Assembly (NCBI GenBank): GCA_051294375.1
Contig: JBJCIZ010000304.1
Location: forward strand, 1 to 12,126
From: Paraspadella gotoi
Taxonomy: Eukaryota > Animalia > Chaetognatha
Reading direction: 5' to 3'
Length of the DNA stretch: 12,126 bases
The notes beneath the pieces are model-generated. The model was not told where the DNA came from and did no database searches. It was given only the letters and a program-made list of their open reading frames with translations. Made by a program: the position numbers and the translations under genes. Each line of letters begins with the position of its first letter. Position 1 is the first letter of the stretch. Shown in pieces: positions 8,903 through 12,126 of the stretch.

Positions 8903-8973
8903 AAGAAGGACTGCACTTCGACTCCAAAATCTCCATTGAGCGAAATTTCTAATGCCAATCAGAAAAATTGAAG
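8903..8973 (+). CDS. Candidate exon of nested antisense gene (frame uncertain)
   Basis: TTTTTTCCTCAG acceptor and AAG|GTAAAA donor; every frame has a stop as assembled, so it is either non-coding or has an indel. Confidence 0.3.
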
Positions 8974-9285
8974 GTAAAAAAACTGATAATATTTTTTTGC
9001 TTTTTGCTTTTTGTTTTTTTTATCATGGATTAAACTAAATATTGTTTCTTTGACGTTTCTTTATTCTAATTGGCGTTGGTTTTTCTACATGTTGTTTGGA
9101 TGACATTAAGCCTGACCATTTGACAAATTTATCTTTAATAGTTTAATGAAGTTGTTTGAATTTAATGCCTTTATTTTGCTTTCCGGCGTGTCACATTTGG
9201 GTTTTGCGATTAGATGAATTGAATCACGACTCACTGATTCACAATTTGGCAACAGATAATATTTCAATGTGACTTTTTTTGACAG

Positions 9286-9407
9286 AATTCGGTTGAAAAA
9301 AAGTTTGCGCGACGAACTTTCATCATTTTGAGGAACAAAGTTGGACTTTTTTAGAAATGATGTATAGATAGAAGGATTAATGAAAAGCATTGAGAATTAC
9401 TCGACAG
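9286..9407 (+). CDS. Candidate exon of nested antisense gene
   Basis: TTTTTTTGACAG acceptor and CAG|GTAAAT donor; IRLKKSLRDELSSF...IEGLMKSIENYST with two in-frame stops unless compensating indels are assumed; ends in phase 1. Confidence 0.4.
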
Positions 9408-9522
9408 GTAAATAGATTTATACAGATATTACACTTAATGTTTTCATTCAATTATATATGAGTATATATAAATCAGAATAAGTAATCAAAAACAAACATA
9501 TTTATTCTTAATCTAACCTCAG

Positions 9523-9642
9523 ATTTGGCGGCGATGATCAAAGAGACTCCACCCAACGAGTCAAGGAATTTTGGATTAACAAATCTCCATGAAATCACTA
9601 CAAAAACTTTAAGAAAAATCCGACGAGATTTGATAAAATACA
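9523..9642 (+). CDS. Candidate exon of nested antisense gene
   Basis: CTAACCTCAG acceptor and GTAAGA donor; 120 nt, phase 1-1, fully open: LAAMIKETPPNESRNFGLTNLHEITTKTLRKIRRDLIKY. Confidence 0.5.
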
Positions 9643-9782
9643 GTAAGAACAACACTATGACTGGTGAATTGAGACTATGCACTTTTTGAAATCGAGATCA
9701 GGAGAAGCATAATTTGATCAAATTGCAATAATGTAATGACTATTATTATAATTCTTCACATAAATAAATAAAACGATTCGAT

Positions 9783-9860
9783 CGAGTGAGCAGGATTCGA
9801 AGCCTGCGCAGGGTGAAAACCCTATTCTGATTTCAAGTCTTCATTTCAAGCCATCACTGC
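9783..9860 (-). pseudogene. tRNA-Ser(TGA)-like pseudogene lacking the D arm
   Basis: Minus strand GCAGTGATGGC-TTGAAATGAA-GACTTGAAATCAGA-ATAGGGTTTTCACCCTGCGCAGGCTTCGAATCCTGCTCACT: acceptor end, long variable arm and T arm (B box) are like the 10712-10800 gene, but the D arm/A box is missing. Confidence 0.8.
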
Positions 9861-9974
9861 CTTGTTATGATCTTAATTAAATTAAATGCTGTCTCTATCT
9901 CTCTCCCCTTCGCTTTCTCTGCCCCCCTTAGATCCCCTCCACCCCATCTCCTGACTTCCCCCACCCGCCGCCAG

Positions 9975-10098
9975 GCCTCTCAACGGATCTCACCTTTGGT
10001 TTCACCATCGATGAGCTGTTTCGGAGTCTGGCATGATGTTGTTGAGAAAGAAGTGATGGCAGTTTGCGGAAATTTGATGGAGATGCGTAGAAAGGAAG
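9975..10098 (+). CDS. Candidate exon of nested antisense gene
   Basis: Pyrimidine-rich 9890-9970, CCAG acceptor and consensus AAG|GTAAGT donor; 124 nt (3n+1): LSTDLTFGFTIDELFRSL, one extra base, HDVVEKEVMAVCGNLMEMRRKE; phase 1-1. Confidence 0.5.
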
Positions 10099-10239
10099 GT
10101 AAGTGACTGGGACGCTGAGGGAGAACCTGGTTGCTCTCAGTCCAGAGGAATTCACCATTGCTGTTAGTTTAATGCCAGAATTTAAATTATTTCTAAGATA
10201 TAACCTAAAGTATATGTATTAACCTATAAACCAATCCAT

Positions 10240-10338
10240 AACACTTAATTTCTAATCCTTAATCCCTAATCCCTAAACTAATCCCTAACCTAATCCTAAT
10301 CCCTAATCCTAAACTAATCTTTAACCATAATTCCCTAA
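10240..10338 (+). repeat. Degenerate (CCCTAAT/CCTAAT)n telomere-like tract
   Basis: Repeated ATCCCTA and ATCCTA words. Confidence 0.8.
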
Positions 10339-10351
10339 CATTTTTAAACAG

Positions 10352-10470
10352 AACTTCTCTGAGAAAACAAGGGCCAAAAACCAAAAAGTAGTCTTTTTAG
10401 TCCCACCTCCGTTCCCTTATCCGCAAGTCGTATTCTCCATACTGGTCCAACATGTTGTTGCAAGAAAAGT
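10352..10470 (+). CDS. Weak candidate exon of nested antisense gene (3' boundary uncertain)
   Basis: TTTTTAAACAG acceptor; open stretch QKVVFLVPPPFPYPQVVFSILVQHVVARK; needs indels at the start and has no clear donor. Confidence 0.25.
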
Positions 10471-10539
10471 TAATGAGTATCTTTATTTATTATTATCTAC
10501 ACATAATTTAACTATTTTTTTTACTTTTTTTTACTTCAG

Positions 10540-10706
10540 AATTCTCTCTCGGGATTCGAAGGAATTTTCTTCTGATGGAACCAAAAGAAGCACAAAATTT
10601 GTGTCTTTCTGTCAATGATTATTTAAAGCAAATAATTTTCTCCTCATTCGCACCGAAATTATTAAAAAAACTCATAATAAAAAGTAAACTAAGAGTCACT
10701 AAATAA
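10540..10706 (+). CDS. Candidate terminal exon of nested antisense gene
   Basis: TTTTTTTTACTTCAG acceptor; phase 1 open frame FSLGIRRNFLLMEPKEAQNLCLSVNDYLKQIIFSSFAPKLLKKLIIKSKLRVTK-TAA; AATAAA at 10676 and 10705. Confidence 0.45.
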
Positions 10707-10711
10707 TAAAA

Positions 10712-10800
10712 CGCAGTGAGCAGGATTCGAGACCTGGCCACAGGAAACCCTATCTGATTTTCGAGTCAGAACGCCCATTAACCACTCGGGCCATCACTGC
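10712..10800 (-). tRNA. tRNA-Ser(CGA), with several single-base indels as assembled
   Basis: Minus strand: GCAGTGA/TCACTGC acceptor stem with G discriminator, A box TGGC(C)CGAGTGG, TCTGA-CTCGAAA(A)-TCAGA anticodon arm, long variable arm, CAGG-T(C)TCGAAT-CCTG T arm, followed directly by TTTT. Confidence 0.85.
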
Positions 10801-10841
10801 TACAATAGTCTTTTTCTTTCTCTCACTTCTGTCTCTCTCAC

Positions 10842-11080
10842 CTTAAAGTGCTTAACGAGACGAGCAGCATCAAAGAGCCAATCCGCTTGCACGGACAGTA
10901 AATAGATGCACTCGGCCCATGCCGAACGGCGCTAAGTATGGCCTGTCCGGTTTGATGCCTTCAAAGGGCATTCAAGAGAAGGAGGAGTCGTTCGAAGGAT
11001 TACTGGATCCCGCCGAGAGAGGAACGCCATGTAGAGAGGAATATGCCGAAAGCAAAAAAATGGACGGCCATAGGGATCAT
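10842..11080 (-). CDS. SLC4: SLC4 bicarbonate transporter exon, frameshifted
   Basis: Segments MIPMAV, FGIFL, YM, SSLGGIQ, FERLLLLL, MP, HQ, PDRPYL, MGRVHLFTV, IGSLMLL, LVKHFK occur in the order of the conserved SLC4 IPMxVLxGxFLYMG...KHxPD...RxHLFT region; TTTACAG acceptor and AAG|GTGAGA donor. Confidence 0.95.
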
Positions 11081-11244
11081 CTGTAAATGAGCATTGATAG
11101 AGAGAGACGGATAGATAATGGGTTTACAAAATTAGAATTGAATGGATGGCCTAGCGAAATTAAATGGATATTTAGTTTTAATAGTGGATTTGTATTTGAA
11201 GAAGAATTAAAGGGATAAAGCTGCTTAACAACATAAACTTTAAC

Positions 11245-11408
11245 CTGCAAAACTTCCCGACCGATGAGGACCGACAGGCCGATAGCGAAGGAACAAGCCA
11301 GCGGTCAGGCGTTGTTCTTTGATCCCGAGAACAACGGGCTTTTCTCCTTGGCGCTGAATTCTTCCGATTCGGACGCGAAGCCGAATTCACGTTACCCATG
11401 GATCGAAA
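11245..11408 (-). CDS. SLC4: SLC4 bicarbonate transporter exon, frameshifted
   Basis: Segments RSMGNVNS, LRV, KNSAP, GEKPVVLGIKEQRLT, FAIGLSVLIG, EVLQ match the SLC4 APGExP...EQR...IGLSV region; CTCAG acceptor and CAG|GT donor, in phase with the next exon. Confidence 0.93.
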
Positions 11409-11444
11409 CTGAGTAGATGGATCGTTCCCAAAAAATCAAATTAA

Positions 11445-11730
11445 ATTAATTATGTCAGTTGGACACATCAATTAAATTAATCAATCAACAATCTCTTTAT
11501 TCAAACAAGTCAAACAGAGTAGTGCAATCAATAGAAACGAGTATTCAATTAATCAATCAACAATCCAATCAGTCGGTCAAACAATTTGTCAACCAAGTCA
11601 AATAATCGATCGTTCTTTTAATCGTTCCAATAATCAAATCACCTCGCAACATACATCAAGTCAATCAACTCAAACAAGCCGACTCCAATCTCTATAATCA
11701 ATCAGTCAATCAATCAATCAACATATCAAT
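11445..11730. repeat. Degenerate (AATC)n / (GATT)n tetranucleotide-rich intron
   Basis: Recurrent AATCAATC, AGTC and AACA words, purest at 11697-11721. Confidence 0.75.
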
Positions 11731-11740
11731 CTCCCCACAC

Positions 11741-11840
11741 CGTTAGCCTGGATCGCGACGAAATAGGATAGACCAAGCAGAAGCGAAATGAAAGATTGAG
11801 CGAGTGAGATCATGGAGCAAATCTAAGTGATAACCGGCGC
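11741..11840 (-). CDS. SLC4: SLC4 bicarbonate transporter exon, frameshifted
   Basis: (G)AGYHLDLL, MISL, ISLLLGLSYFVA match the SLC4 motif KGxG(Y/F)HLDL...GLPWxxAATV; ATCCAG acceptor; GT donor at 11740 or 11738. Confidence 0.9.
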
Positions 11841-11937
11841 CTGGATGTAAAGATGATTCGAATACAGTGAGAACCCGGGATTAAACCGGGTTAGAGGTTT
11901 GAATTGATTGATGAAGCGAAATTCTCTCTCCTTTAGA

Positions 11938-12126
11938 GAGGCGCAGCGTAAAGGAGAGAAGGAAGAGGAGGCCGAGAAGAAGAGCGAGTGAAGAAAAGGG
12001 CGCGAGAAAGAGATGCTGAGATCGAGGATCGGCTCACGGGTCAAGGAGGGGAGGATTAGTAAAAGAATGCGCGATTCGAATCCATCGATGGTAGTTTTTA
12101 GGAGAAAGAAGATCGAAATTGTGCGT
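11938..12126 (+). repeat. Dispersed repeat, copy B (runs off the window; intronic to SLC4)
   Basis: Colinear with 861-1143. Confidence 0.9.

Noticed and set aside
11872-11892. Hairpin AACCCGG-7nt-CCGGGTT
   Set aside because: A single 7-bp stem can arise by chance in 12 kb; no other support.
11938-12100. Next upstream SLC4 exon (expected MDQQIT/ExQIT-type motif)
   Set aside because: No such motif seen on the minus strand, and the segment is the dispersed repeat also found at 861-1143.

Overview
Eukaryotic, probably invertebrate, genomic DNA from an indel-rich assembly with a 25-N gap at 472-496. (1) The minus strand carries the 3' part of an intron-containing SLC4/band-3-family bicarbonate transporter gene that the ORF track misses because of frameshifts: exons at about 11741-11840, 11245-11408, 10842-11080 and 7691-7840, with a possible last exon at 6165-6230. 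(2) Its 3-kb intron (7841-10841) holds a tRNA-Ser(CGA) gene, a broken tRNA-Ser(TGA) copy and a putative multi-exon gene of unknown function on the opposite strand. (3) A ~2.2-kb non-coding foldback palindrome lies at 3664-5907. Its arms are built from ~144-bp composite units punctuated by telomeric CCCTAA/TTAGGG doublets, with TGGCGA/TCGCCA hairpin clusters at the ends, a ~61-nt spacer, and one extra unit in the right arm. (4) The rest is microsatellite, degenerate telomere-like tracts and a dispersed repeat present near both ends of the window. All alignments and translations were done by eye; no database search was run.
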